The notes: generated by a model not told the origin, from the letters alone. Positions 29,444 to 39,621 are shown, counted from the stretch's first letter. The stretch is 64,000 nucleotides of DNA from Verrucomicrobiota bacterium (GCA_033762115.1 JANRLX010000103.1:1-64000); one strand, 5' to 3'. Numbers and translations: made by a program.

Positions 29444-30910
29444 TTACCGCACCTGGACAGTGAATCGTTCGGTGTGGATCTGGTTGTGGAAGCGGGTTTG
29501 GAGCCAGATGTGGTACTCGCCTGTCTCGGGAAAGGCATAGGGAAAGCTGAGGTCTTCATCCGGCTTGCCGCAGATGAGGTCGGCGGGGTTTTGAAACAGT
29601 CGCGGGTTTTTCTCGCGTCGGGCAAAGAGTTCCTGTGATTTCATGGAGACGGTTCCCAGTGGGTGCAGATGGGTGAAGACCGCGCCATCGTGGCGGCGGA
29701 TGATGGCGTGCCCGTACATGCCCATGTACGGCTGGAGCAGGACGCGGTTGCCCGCACGGTCGTGGACGGTGAAGAGGAGATTGGTCTGTTCGTTGCGGCG
29801 ATATTCCTTCTGGGGCAGTTCGAGCCTGAGCAATTTTTCCTCCTGTGAGGTGGCGGTGAAATGGAAGGAATCGTCTTCATCGGAGAAGGTCACCGGCGCG
29901 GAGGGGGAATGGGCAATGGAGACCATGCCGGTCAAGGTTTGGGCAAAACCGCTTTCCTGGGTGATATCCGCATAGAGATGATAATCACCGGAAGGAAGCG
30001 GCGGGAGGGTTGCGCGGAAGTGGTGTTCTCTGGTTTGCAAGGGGTGGAGATGGGCAAAGGCTTTGGCATCCTCGCGATGGACCAGGAAGAGGTGCATGAG
30101 TTTTCCATGCTCGGGAACGAGGGGTGTGGCATCCTGTTTCCAGCTTTTGGCTTCGATGGCAATTTCCAGTTCAGGTGTTGCGCCGGGTGTCACGGAAGCT
30201 TTGAGGACGCCTGTTTGGAAGAGGCGATTATTCCTGAAATGGCTGTCCACAGTGTCCCACCACCGTTTCCCCACGAGCAGGACGAGGGTGATGAGGATGG
30301 TGGCGATGGTCATTGCGAGCCGGGAACGCAGCAGTTGCGGTGGGGCGGGGAGAGCCGTGGGAGCGAGGGTGCTTTCACGAACGGCGCCTCCGACGATTGC
30401 AATGAGGAGCAGGACCAGAATAGCGCCGACGGTTAAAAAGAGGGTTCCCATCCAGGGGGGCATGGGCTGGCGGGTTTGCGCGATGGAATTGAGGGGAACG
30501 ACTGCGGTGCCTTTGCCCTGGTCTGTTTCGACATTGACGAAGACGCTGTAGGCACCGGAATTCATGAGCCAGAGTTGCGCGCTGTAGAGGTTGCTCGTGC
30601 CCTTGACCAGGAGGGCGGGGTCCGGGGGCGGGGCTCCTTTTGTCCCGGCATCCCAGCGAACCGGCAGAACGGAGACTGCGGCTTTTGCACTGTTCGGAAC
30701 GCGCACGTTGATGCTGGCCAGTCCGGGGACCACCAATGGAGGGGTGATGCTGACGGTGATCCGGTTGGAGCCAGCCATGCCGTCAAAGAAAACGTTCGGG
30801 CTGCCGATGTGTGCGCTGGCTGGAAGGGAGAGGAGGAGCAGAATCGATAACAGCAGGAATTGCACAGGGTTAAGATGCGCGAAATTTTCCAAAAGAACAG
30901 GTGAATCCAT
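29444..30910 (-). CDS. membrane protein with His/Met-rich duplicated domains (possible metal binding)
   Basis: signal peptide, 2 TM helices, HGKLMHLF..FAHLHP and YMGMYGH..FTHLHP motifs. Confidence 0.65.
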   Translation of the reverse strand: MDSPVLLENFAHLNPVQFLLLSILLLLSLPASAHIGSPNVFFDGMAGSNRITVSITPPLVVPGLASINVRVPNSAKAAVSVLPVRWDAGTKGAPPPDPALLVKGTSNLYSAQLWLMNSGAYSVFVNVETDQGKGTAVVPLNSIAQTRQPMPPWMGTLFLTVGAILVLLLIAIVGGAVRESTLAPTALPAPPQLLRSRLAMTIATILITLVLLVGKRWWDTVDSHFRNNRLFQTGVLKASVTPGATPELEIAIEAKSWKQDATPLVPEHGKLMHLFLVHREDAKAFAHLHPLQTREHHFRATLPPLPSGDYHLYADITQESGFAQTLTGMVSIAHSPSAPVTFSDEDDSFHFTATSQEEKLLRLELPQKEYRRNEQTNLLFTVHDRAGNRVLLQPYMGMYGHAIIRRHDGAVFTHLHPLGTVSMKSQELFARREKNPRLFQNPADLICGKPDEDLSFPYAFPETGEYHIWLQTRFHNQIHTERFTVQVR

Positions 30911-30966
30911 GGTGCGCGCTGGTCAACTTGTCTCTTTTCTGCTTGGCTTTTTGTGTGGGAAAAAAC

Positions 30967-33261
30967 ATGTGTCGGAAATTTCTCCTTCTTTTGCTTCTGC
31001 TCGCTGGCCTTGTCCGGGCCGAGGATGTGACGCCGCAAACTCCCTATCAACCATTGGCGGAGATGCTGGAAACCGTGATCAAGTGGGAGATGGAGCAAAA
31101 GGGAATCGATGGCCTTTCCATTGCGCTGGTGGATGACCAGCAGGTGGTCTGGTCGCGGGGATTCGGCTATGCGGATCGTGAGGAGAAAAAGTTCGCCTCC
31201 GCAGACACGGTTTACCGCGTGGGATCGGTTTCAAAGTTATTCACTGACCTAGTGGTGATGCAAATGGTTCAGCAGGGAAAGGTCAGCCTCGACACGCCGA
31301 TCGAGCGTTACATTCCAAAACTGAGGGTGGGTAATTCGTTTGGAACAGCGATCACGATCCGGCAACTGATGTCTCATCGGGCAGGGATTGTCCGGGAACC
31401 GCCGCTGGGAAGTTATTTTGATGCGAGTTCCCCTTCGATTGCCTCAACGGCCCTGAGCCTGAACTCAACCGAACTGATTTATGAGCCGGGCACAGAAACC
31501 AAATATTCGAATGCGGGGATTACACTGCTGGGTTACCTGGTCGAGCAGATGGAACGTCGTTCTTTCGACGATGTGGTGAGGGATGCCATCCTGGAGCCGT
31601 ACGGGATGAATTCCAGCGGGTTTGTGATGAGTGAGCGTTTGCGTCGTGAACGTGCGCGGGGAAAAATGTGGACGTTGCATGGAGCGCAGTTCGATGCGCC
31701 GCAATTTGAATTTGGGATCGCACCGGCGGGGAACCTTTACAGCAGCGTCAATGACCTGGCGAAGTTCATGTCCGTGCTGATGAACAAGGGTGAGCATCGC
31801 AAGCAGCGATTGTTGCGGGAGGATTTGTTGGAGTCGATGTGGGAAGTGCAGTTCGCGGCAAAGGGGCAAAGCAATGGGTTCGGACTGGGTTTCGATTTAT
31901 GGGACCTGGAGGGGCGCAGGGTGATCGGCCATGACGGAGCGGTTTACGGTTTTGCGACGTCGTTCAATTTCATGCCGGACGCAAAAATCGGCGTGATTGT
32001 GGCAGTGAACAAGGACCTGGCGAACAGCACGACGATCCGAATCAGCAGTGAGGCGATGCGTGGGATGCTCGCGATCAAGGCAGGGAAACCGTTGCGGAAG
32101 GCGGAACAGATGCAAGCCCTGACACTGGAGCAAGTCAATGAATTCAAGGGGATTTATTCCGGAACGGATGGGCGCTGGATCGATCTGCGGCAGACAGGGA
32201 CAAACCTTTACGCTTTCAATCAAAAGGGTGGGTTTGTCAGTTTTCTTGGAAGGATTGGAAATCAGCTGATCATCGAGGATGGACCGGAACTGACACTAAC
32301 GGGCGGTGTCATGAAAATCGGTGATCGCACCCTAAGGAAGAGCTCTTCTCCCGCACCAGCGGTAAAAACAGAGCTGCTGGAGTACATTGGTGAATATGGG
32401 CCGGAGCACAATATTCTCTATATTTTTGAGCAGCAGGGTGAGCTTTGGGCATTGATCGAATGGTTTGAATTCAACCCCCTGAAACCTGCCGGGCTGGACC
32501 GGTTCAAGTTTCCTGAAACCGGTGTGATGTATCGCGGAGAAGAGATCCTGTTCAGCCGTGGCAAGGATGGAAAAGTCAGCGAGGCAATTGCTGGAGGTGT
32601 TGTTTTCAAGCGGCGTGGCGCGTCCGGCGTTTCCTGGCAATCCACGGGAGAGATTTCAAAAATTTTAAAAAAGTCCCTCTATGCCGACCCACCAAAAGAG
32701 GAAGGGGAGTTCAGGAAGCCGGAACTGGTTGAAGTGAAGGATCTCGATCCAACGCTCCGATTGGATGTGCGTTATGCCACGACGAATAATTTCCTTGGAA
32801 CAAGGATTTATGAGACGCCTCGTGTGTTTCTGCAAAAACCGGCGGCTGAAGCGTTGGTGCGGGCGCACCGATCCTTAAAAAAACAAGGTTATGGATTGCT
32901 GCTGCTGGATGGCTACTGTCCCTGGTATGTAACAAAAACTTTTTGGGATGCCACCCCGCCGCGTTACCAGGAGTTCCTGGCTGATCCGGCCAAGGGGTCA
33001 AGGCATAACCGGGGGGCGGCGATTGACGTGACCCTATTTGATTTGGTGAGCGGAAGGGCAGTTGAAATGCCCAGCGAATATGATGAGATGACCGCCCGTT
33101 CCTACCCTGATTATATCGGAGGCACTTCAGCGCAAAGGAGAGGCAGGGACATTCTTCGTAAAGCCTTGGAACAGGAGTGGTTTACAGTTTATCCAGTCGA
33201 ATGGTGGCACTTCGATTTCAAGGATTGGAAAAAATATCCGATACTGAACCAGAGTTTTTGA
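30967..33261 (+). CDS. serine hydrolase fused to a D-Ala-D-Ala dipeptidase (M15D/VanX-like) domain
   Basis: YRVGSVSK, YSNAG, GHDG; C-terminal RYAT.NNF, SRHNRGAAID, EWWHF. Confidence 0.88.
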   Translation: MCRKFLLLLLLLAGLVRAEDVTPQTPYQPLAEMLETVIKWEMEQKGIDGLSIALVDDQQVVWSRGFGYADREEKKFASADTVYRVGSVSKLFTDLVVMQMVQQGKVSLDTPIERYIPKLRVGNSFGTAITIRQLMSHRAGIVREPPLGSYFDASSPSIASTALSLNSTELIYEPGTETKYSNAGITLLGYLVEQMERRSFDDVVRDAILEPYGMNSSGFVMSERLRRERARGKMWTLHGAQFDAPQFEFGIAPAGNLYSSVNDLAKFMSVLMNKGEHRKQRLLREDLLESMWEVQFAAKGQSNGFGLGFDLWDLEGRRVIGHDGAVYGFATSFNFMPDAKIGVIVAVNKDLANSTTIRISSEAMRGMLAIKAGKPLRKAEQMQALTLEQVNEFKGIYSGTDGRWIDLRQTGTNLYAFNQKGGFVSFLGRIGNQLIIEDGPELTLTGGVMKIGDRTLRKSSSPAPAVKTELLEYIGEYGPEHNILYIFEQQGELWALIEWFEFNPLKPAGLDRFKFPETGVMYRGEEILFSRGKDGKVSEAIAGGVVFKRRGASGVSWQSTGEISKILKKSLYADPPKEEGEFRKPELVEVKDLDPTLRLDVRYATTNNFLGTRIYETPRVFLQKPAAEALVRAHRSLKKQGYGLLLLDGYCPWYVTKTFWDATPPRYQEFLADPAKGSRHNRGAAIDVTLFDLVSGRAVEMPSEYDEMTARSYPDYIGGTSAQRRGRDILRKALEQEWFTVYPVEWWHFDFKDWKKYPILNQSF

Positions 33262-33428
33262 TCGATTCGCGCCAGGCAGTGCCATCCTTGGAAGGAAGCA
33301 GCCGAAGAAAGGAGCGTGAGGTGCCGATCATGTAGCATTTTTGCTCTTTGCATCGCGGCAATTATATATGGCGGACGATGAACGACCGAAAGGGTGATAT
33401 CATGGATAAATCCCTGCTCGGAACTCGC

Positions 33429-33456
33429 TTGACCCCTGTAGGCAAGCTGTTATAAC
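33429..33456 (+). promoter_or_regulatory. sigma-70 promoter of the HU gene
   Basis: TTGACC-N16-TATAAC with extended -10 TG, about 50 nt upstream of ATG. Confidence 0.6.
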
Positions 33457-33505
33457 GCCAAACGATAGCGCGTCGGGATGTCGGTCAACTTAATCAACCC
33501 AGCCT

Positions 33506-33874
33506 ATGACAAAGCGTGACTTGGTCGTTCGGATCAGCGAGGAAAGCGGAATAGTTCAACAACAGGTCCTCGAAGTGGTTCAAAAAACTTTGGATTACAT
33601 TGCCGAGGCAGTGGCCAAGGGAAAAAAAGTTGAACTGCGAAATTTCGGCGTTTTTGAAGTTAAAGTCCGCAAGGCGCGGGTTGGCCGCAATCCCAATTCC
33701 CCCGCTGCTGATGTTCCAATTCCTCCCCGGGCAGTGGTCAAATTCAAACCTGGCAAGGAGATGCGCGAAGCAGTCCTCAAGCTGACGCCGCAGGATATCC
33801 AGAAAGCTGAAGCGGAACAGGCTGCCCAGGCTTCACAGACCGGGGTCAACAACGGCAGTTCGGTTCAATTGTAA
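33506..33874 (+). CDS. HU/IHF family DNA-binding protein
   Basis: MTKRDLV, VELRNFGVF, RKARVGRNP, VVKFKPGK. Confidence 0.95.
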   Translation: MTKRDLVVRISEESGIVQQQVLEVVQKTLDYIAEAVAKGKKVELRNFGVFEVKVRKARVGRNPNSPAADVPIPPRAVVKFKPGKEMREAVLKLTPQDIQKAEAEQAAQASQTGVNNGSSVQL

Positions 33875-33940
33875 TCGAATTGCAGGCAGCGCTTGCCTTG
33901 ACTCGGTGGCCGGACCCTGATTGCATGGGATTCACTCCAT

Positions 33941-34558
33941 ATGATCAAGTCTCTTCAATTGCCGCTCCTGATTTGTTTCACCGGTTTGCTGCATGCTGCT
34001 GAAACGAAAATTTTCGATGGCAAAACCTTCCGGGGTTGGGAGGGGGACACCAACAAGACCTTTAAAATAATCGATGGGGCCATTGTCGGCGGCACGTTGA
34101 AGGAGCCGATTCCACGCAATGAATTCCTTTGCACCACGAGGAGCTACACCAACTTTGTGCTCAAGCTGAAATTCAAGCTTGTCGGTAAAGGTGCCAATGC
34201 CGGAATCCAGTTCCGCACGAAACGAATTCCCAATCATCATGAGGTCAGCGGGTATCAGGCGGACATGGGTGACCCTGAATGGTGGGGGTGCCTTTACGAT
34301 GAATCGCGCCGAAATAAAATCCTCGCAAAATCGGACATGAGCAAAATCAAGCCGGTGTTTCACCCGGAGGATTGGAATGAATATGTGATTCGCGCGGAGG
34401 GAGACCGGATTCAACTTTTCATCAACGGGGTGCAAACGGTTGATTACACTGAAAAAGAGGAAGGGATCGAGAAGAGCGGGGTGATCGCGGTGCAGATTCA
34501 TTCCGGGCCGCCGAGCGAAGCCTGGTACAAAGAGATCACCATTGAGGAACTGCCGTAA
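33941..34558 (+). CDS. DUF1080 (3-keto-disaccharide hydrolase family) protein
   Basis: FDGKT..GW, NAGIQFR, GYQAD, WNEY.I, G.IAVQIH. Confidence 0.88.
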   Translation: MIKSLQLPLLICFTGLLHAAETKIFDGKTFRGWEGDTNKTFKIIDGAIVGGTLKEPIPRNEFLCTTRSYTNFVLKLKFKLVGKGANAGIQFRTKRIPNHHEVSGYQADMGDPEWWGCLYDESRRNKILAKSDMSKIKPVFHPEDWNEYVIRAEGDRIQLFINGVQTVDYTEKEEGIEKSGVIAVQIHSGPPSEAWYKEITIEELP

Positions 34559-34622
34559 CCGTTCCAAAAAGGGGCTCCATTTGTAATGTCCGGTTTTCAC
34601 ATTTTTCTTAAAATGAACTGAT

Positions 34623-35678
34623 ATGGGAATACTTGATTTTATCCGTGGGGAGTTGATCGAAATCATCGAGTGGAATGATGATTCACGAGATACCCTGGCG
34701 GTTCGTTTTCCGGACAATGACCGGGAGATCAAACGTGGCGCGCAACTGATCGTCCGCGAATCCCAGGTGGCGCAGTTTGTTTACCTGGGACAGTTCGGCG
34801 ATACCTTTGGTCCGGGAAAACATTCGCTCGTCACTGAGAACATTCCAATTCTCACCACGCTTGCCTCCTGGAAGTACGGATTTGAAAGCCCTTTCAAGGC
34901 GGATGTTTATTACGTCGTCACCCGCAAATTCACCGGGAACAAATGGGGAACATCAAACCCGGTCATGTTGCGTGACAACGATTTTGGGGTGGTTCGCGCC
35001 CGGGCGTTTGGCACTTACGATTTTCAGATTGTCGATCCACGGACATTTCTGCGGGAGGTCGCCGGGACTGACCATCATTTCCGCCTCAATGAATTTGAGG
35101 AAACGATGCGGTCGCGGCTGGTCAGCGTGTTCAGCGAAGCGCTCGCGCAATCGGGCGTGCCTGTGATGGAGATTGCACGACGCTACACGGAATTGGGGGA
35201 ATCACTCCTGCCGTTGATCAACCCAATGACCAAAGCGAAGTATGGCCTGGAAATAACCAGCTTTGTGGTGGAGAACGTCTCCGTGCCGCCGGAGGTGGAG
35301 CAGGCGATTGACAAACGGGCGAGCATGTCTGCGATCAAGGACCTGAACGAATATGTGAAATACCAGATGGCCCAGGGGATAGGCCAGGGACAAAGCGTGG
35401 CCGCTGGGACCGCCACGGAACTGGCGGTGGGAATGGCCCTCGCCCAGCAGTTCATGCAACAGCAGGGAGGCTTGCTCGGCAAACCGGCCGCTGCAACGCC
35501 CTCCCCTGCCGCGGCTGGGGTCGGTTTTGATCTTTTGACCCCCGCCGCTGCGGCTGAGTTGCTGGGTGTTGCGGAAGCGGATGTGTTGGCCAGCATCAGT
35601 TCCGGGGAACTCAAGGCAAAGAAAATCGGGAGCACGTATCGGGTGACCCGCGCAGCCCTGGAAGAGTTTTTGAAGTAG
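34623..35678 (+). CDS. SPFH/YdjI-like protein with C-terminal excisionase-like HTH
   Basis: GAQLIVRESQ, KWGT.NP, RAFG.Y; C-terminal LLTPAAAAELLGV..GELKAKKIG..YRV. Confidence 0.85.
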   Translation: MGILDFIRGELIEIIEWNDDSRDTLAVRFPDNDREIKRGAQLIVRESQVAQFVYLGQFGDTFGPGKHSLVTENIPILTTLASWKYGFESPFKADVYYVVTRKFTGNKWGTSNPVMLRDNDFGVVRARAFGTYDFQIVDPRTFLREVAGTDHHFRLNEFEETMRSRLVSVFSEALAQSGVPVMEIARRYTELGESLLPLINPMTKAKYGLEITSFVVENVSVPPEVEQAIDKRASMSAIKDLNEYVKYQMAQGIGQGQSVAAGTATELAVGMALAQQFMQQQGGLLGKPAAATPSPAAAGVGFDLLTPAAAAELLGVAEADVLASISSGELKAKKIGSTYRVTRAALEEFLK

Positions 35679-35702
35679 GCTGCTGCGGTCCCTTCTTCCG
35701 CC

Positions 35703-36788
35703 ATGGCCGAAAGTGTAGCCAGAGAGAAATTCGCCTGTCCGAGCTGCGGCGCTGACGCTCATTGGAACCCGCAACGGCATGCATTAGTCTGTTCCTATTG
35801 TGGAACAGTTGCGCCGGGCGAATATGGCAGCGGCGACGTGCGGGAGCTGGACCTGGTCACGGCGTTGCGGCAAATCCCGGAGGAGAAACGGGGTTGGAAA
35901 GCGGAAAAGAGATCGGTAAAATGCCAAAGTTGCCAGGCAATTTCCGTTGTTGATCCGGAGCGGGTGGCGCAACGCTGCGAATTCTGCGGTTCTGCCCAGA
36001 TCATTCCCTATGACCAGATCAAAGCGCCGGTCTCACCGGAAAGCCTCCTGCCGTTGAAAGTGCCGGAAACGGTTGTCCGTGAAGATTTACGCCGCTGGTA
36101 TGGGAGCCGCTGGTTTGCCCCTTCGCGATTGAAAACAGACGCCGCCACCGACCAGATCAAGGGAATTTACCTGCCGTACTGGACCTTTGACGCCCAGGCC
36201 CAGGCTCATTGGAGTGCGGATTCCGGATATTATTATTACACAAGTGAAACCTACCGGGACGCCCAGGGGAACACCAGGACAAGACGGGTCCGACATGTCC
36301 GCTGGCAGGCGAGTTCCGGCTCGCTCAATCACTTTTTTGATGATGAGCTGGTTCCTGCAACCAAAGGGGTGGACATGACCCTTCTTCGGAAAGTTGAGCC
36401 TTTTCCCACGAAGGAACTGGTTCCTTTCAGCGCGGGGTTCATTGCCGGTTGGGTGGTGGAACAATACCAGATCGACCTTGTCGGCGCGGCACAGCACGCA
36501 CGGCAGCAAATGGAATCCACCCTGCATGGACTTTGCGCAAAGCAGGTGCCGGGAGACACTTATCGCAACCTGTCGGTGCGGAGCCAGTTTGGGCAGCAAA
36601 CCTTCAAGCATATCCTGCTTCCGGTCTGGCTGGTGAGTTATGTATATGGGGGCAGGACATTTCAGGTCATTGTCAATGGATATACCGGGACAATTGCCGG
36701 TAAACATCCGCTCAGCCCGTGGAAAATAGCGGCCTTGATTTTCGTTCTGCTGATTGCGGCTTTGCTCTTTCTGCTTTTCAACCGATAG
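35703..36788 (+). CDS. zinc-ribbon membrane-anchored protein (YdjG-like)
   Basis: four CxxC pairs, YLPYWTFD, LLPVW, VNG.TG, C-terminal TM. Confidence 0.78.
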   Translation: MAESVAREKFACPSCGADAHWNPQRHALVCSYCGTVAPGEYGSGDVRELDLVTALRQIPEEKRGWKAEKRSVKCQSCQAISVVDPERVAQRCEFCGSAQIIPYDQIKAPVSPESLLPLKVPETVVREDLRRWYGSRWFAPSRLKTDAATDQIKGIYLPYWTFDAQAQAHWSADSGYYYYTSETYRDAQGNTRTRRVRHVRWQASSGSLNHFFDDELVPATKGVDMTLLRKVEPFPTKELVPFSAGFIAGWVVEQYQIDLVGAAQHARQQMESTLHGLCAKQVPGDTYRNLSVRSQFGQQTFKHILLPVWLVSYVYGGRTFQVIVNGYTGTIAGKHPLSPWKIAALIFVLLIAALLFLLFNR

Positions 36789-36919
36789 AGCAGATGAATG
36801 ACGGTTGCCGGATGAAAAATCTGTAACGATTGAAAAGTTGTATCCAACTGGCATTCATTGTGCTAGGTTAGTTACATGTTAACCAACAGTCATCCCCAAC
36901 TGACAGGGGGAGGATTGAA

Positions 36920-36939
36920 GTTACAATTTCGTTACAATT
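36920..36939 (+). promoter_or_regulatory. 11-bp-period direct repeat (OmpR/PhoB-type box candidate)
   Basis: GTTACAATT-TC-GTTACAATT about 40 nt upstream of the VTC gene. Confidence 0.5.
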
Positions 36940-36977
36940 ATTGAAATATCGGAAAAATGATGGGTTAAGGAACTGAG

Positions 36978-37826
36978 ATGTCCACTGATCGTCTCCAACT
37001 TCAACGGTTTGAGCTCAAGTATATCATTCCAGAAGAAACGGCTCTGGCAATCCGCAGCTTTGTTGGTTCCTACCTTGAAATTGATGAATTCGGGGCGACT
37101 CTCCCCAATCTTTCCTACCCTGTTCACAGCCTTTACCTGGATTCGGATGACCTGAGCACGTATCGCTCGACCATTAACGGGGACAAAAATCGATATAAAC
37201 TTCGGCTTCGCTTTTACGATAATCGGCCGGAGGCGCCGGTTTTTTTTGAAATCAAACGGCGGGTAAACAATACCATTTCCAAGCAACGCGGCGGAGTGCG
37301 CCGGGATTGTGTGGACAGCCTGCTGGCGGGGCAGTTGCCTGGACCGCAGCATCTGATTTCAAAAGATCCGAAACAATTGCTCGCCATCCAGAATTTTTGC
37401 CGATTGATGATGGATATTCGTGCGACTCCCAAGGCCCATATTTTTTATTATCGCGAGGCCTGGATCAGCCGCCTGGATAATTCAGTGCGGGTGACGATGG
37501 ACCGGCATGTGGCCTGTGATCCTGAACCGACATCCCGCCTTTCAACGGAGCTGGTGAACCCCGTAAAAGTGTTTGGGAACAAGGTGGTGCTCGAACTGAA
37601 ATTTACAAATCGGTTCCCTGACTGGTTCAAGGAACTGACCCGGGTATTTGGGTTGATGCAATGCGGAGCAGCCAAGTATGCGGATGGGGTGGCCCTGGCG
37701 GGAGAGCATCGTATCCGTCAAGCCTTTGCTTATATGGGCGTGGTCGGAGAGAACTTGACGAACAGGGCCACTCGGCCACAAATAACAGCAACACCTGCCC
37801 TGACCGAATTGCAGGCTCTTAAATAA
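36978..37826 (+). CDS. VTC domain polyphosphate polymerase-like protein
   Basis: RFELKY, SLYLD, KLRLRFY, FFEIK, YYREAW, RVTMD, VLELKF, KY. Confidence 0.88.
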   Translation: MSTDRLQLQRFELKYIIPEETALAIRSFVGSYLEIDEFGATLPNLSYPVHSLYLDSDDLSTYRSTINGDKNRYKLRLRFYDNRPEAPVFFEIKRRVNNTISKQRGGVRRDCVDSLLAGQLPGPQHLISKDPKQLLAIQNFCRLMMDIRATPKAHIFYYREAWISRLDNSVRVTMDRHVACDPEPTSRLSTELVNPVKVFGNKVVLELKFTNRFPDWFKELTRVFGLMQCGAAKYADGVALAGEHRIRQAFAYMGVVGENLTNRATRPQITATPALTELQALK

Positions 37827-37829
37827 TCG

Positions 37830-38516
37830 ATGAGCGACTGGTTATTTCGAGGGGATTTTGCCACTACCCCGGTGAATGTCCCGGCGATGGTGCTGGGACT
37901 GCTGCTTGCTTTTCTGGGCGGCCACCTGATTGCCTGGGTTTACATGTTGACCCACTCCGGTCTTTCCTATTCCAAAAGCTTTGTCAATTCCCTGATTGTG
38001 ATTCCTGCGGTGGTTTCACTTGTGATGATGGTGCTCTCCAACAGCCTCGTGACTGCCTTCGGGTTGATGGCGGTTTTTGCGATTGTCCGTTTCCGGAACA
38101 TTCTTCGGGATACGCTGGACACGACCTACATTCTCAGCGTGATTGTCATGGGAATGGCGGCCGGAACTTCCAAGTTTTCCACCGCTGTGGTGGGGTGCCT
38201 GTTTACCTGCCTGATCATGCTTTATTTGTGGTATTCCGGCTTCGGTTCGCGACATCGCTACGACATGATCATCAACCTGCATTGGTCGAGACCCTTGAAT
38301 GATCTTCCCTACCTGAAAAACCTCCTGAACCGGCACAGCCTGAAAACGCTTTGCGCCAGCCAGCGCTCCAATGAAGGGTATGAAGGCACGGATATTTCCT
38401 ATCGTTTGCTGTTGCGCGACCCTGACCGGATGGAAGACCTGCTGGGAGAACTGCGCAGCTTGCAGGGGGTTTCACGTGTCACAGGGTTGAAGGCGGAAGA
38501 GGAATCTGAAATCTAA
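37830..38516 (+). CDS. DUF4956 membrane protein
   Basis: AFGL.AVFAIVRFRN.L.D motif; usual VTC partner. Confidence 0.85.
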   Translation: MSDWLFRGDFATTPVNVPAMVLGLLLAFLGGHLIAWVYMLTHSGLSYSKSFVNSLIVIPAVVSLVMMVLSNSLVTAFGLMAVFAIVRFRNILRDTLDTTYILSVIVMGMAAGTSKFSTAVVGCLFTCLIMLYLWYSGFGSRHRYDMIINLHWSRPLNDLPYLKNLLNRHSLKTLCASQRSNEGYEGTDISYRLLLRDPDRMEDLLGELRSLQGVSRVTGLKAEEESEI

Positions 38517-39613
38517 TGGAACCGTTACCTCCAATTCGCACGCCGGTCAAATCACGCTGGAGGGAGTTCCGTGTCCGGTTCCTGCCGGTGATTGTTTTTT
38601 CTGGTACGCTCGCCATCGCGATCTATCTATGGTCCATCAGCGTCAATCCCTCCACCCTTCTGGGTGAAGTTGAAATTGTTCAGTCGGAAATCATCAGCCC
38701 TGAATCGGCTGTGCTGACCAATCTGTTCGTGGAGCGTTACCAGGTGGTCAAAGCGGGAGAGGTACTGGCGGAACTGATCAGCACGGATACCCGGGTGGCG
38801 GGGACGGAAATGAGCACGTTAAGGACCCGCCTTTCACTGCGCGATTTTCAAACCGGGGCCATCCTCAATCGGGAACGGACCGCCTTCGATTACAATGCGA
38901 TGAAGGTCGAGTATCTCGCCCACAAGATCGACCTGGCTGATTATGAAGCGCAGCTAAGCATTGCCGATGCGCTGGTGGAGCGCTTGAAAAACGGCGTGGG
39001 CGACCAGGTGATTTCGCAAAATGAATATGCGCTGGAGTTGCAGCGGCGTGATGCCCTTCGCGCCCGCGCAGAGACCACCCGAAGCCTGCTGGAGGAAATG
39101 AACCTGCGGCTGCTTCCCTCCGCTTATGTGACCAACACCTTTTCCCTCGCCGCGGAGTTGCAGCTCGAAGATTTCATGCAGGACCTCAGGGAGGAGGAGG
39201 AGCGGCTCGATGACATTACCCACAGGAAAATTGTCCTTCGCGCACCGTATGATTGTGTGGTTGCCCGGATTCATCGACGCAATGGGGAAAATCTTATTGC
39301 CGGCGAGCCGATCATCACATTGAACGCCACCAAAGCGGAAAAAATCATCGGTTATCTCAGGCAACCGCTTCCGATCATTCCTGCCGAAGGGATGCAGGTT
39401 CAGATTCGTACACGGTCATTACAACGGACGGAGGTTGTTTCCTCCATTGCGCAGGTGGGAAGAACTTATGAAGTCATCACCAATCTTTCGCTGTTGCGCC
39501 CCGGTTTTTCACAGGAAGTCGGTTTGCCGATTGCCGTTCACGTTCCTGCCGCGCTTGCCACTTTGCTGCCGGGAGAAATCGTGGAACTGACCCTCCATTC
39601 CGCCAGCCAGTAA
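38516..39613 (+). CDS. HlyD-family periplasmic adaptor-like protein
   Basis: N-terminal TM, V.AGEVLAEL, coiled coil, LRAPYD.VV..GE...AGEPI. Confidence 0.75.
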   Translation: MEPLPPIRTPVKSRWREFRVRFLPVIVFSGTLAIAIYLWSISVNPSTLLGEVEIVQSEIISPESAVLTNLFVERYQVVKAGEVLAELISTDTRVAGTEMSTLRTRLSLRDFQTGAILNRERTAFDYNAMKVEYLAHKIDLADYEAQLSIADALVERLKNGVGDQVISQNEYALELQRRDALRARAETTRSLLEEMNLRLLPSAYVTNTFSLAAELQLEDFMQDLREEEERLDDITHRKIVLRAPYDCVVARIHRRNGENLIAGEPIITLNATKAEKIIGYLRQPLPIIPAEGMQVQIRTRSLQRTEVVSSIAQVGRTYEVITNLSLLRPGFSQEVGLPIAVHVPAALATLLPGEIVELTLHSASQ

Positions 39614-39621
39614 TCCACTGC

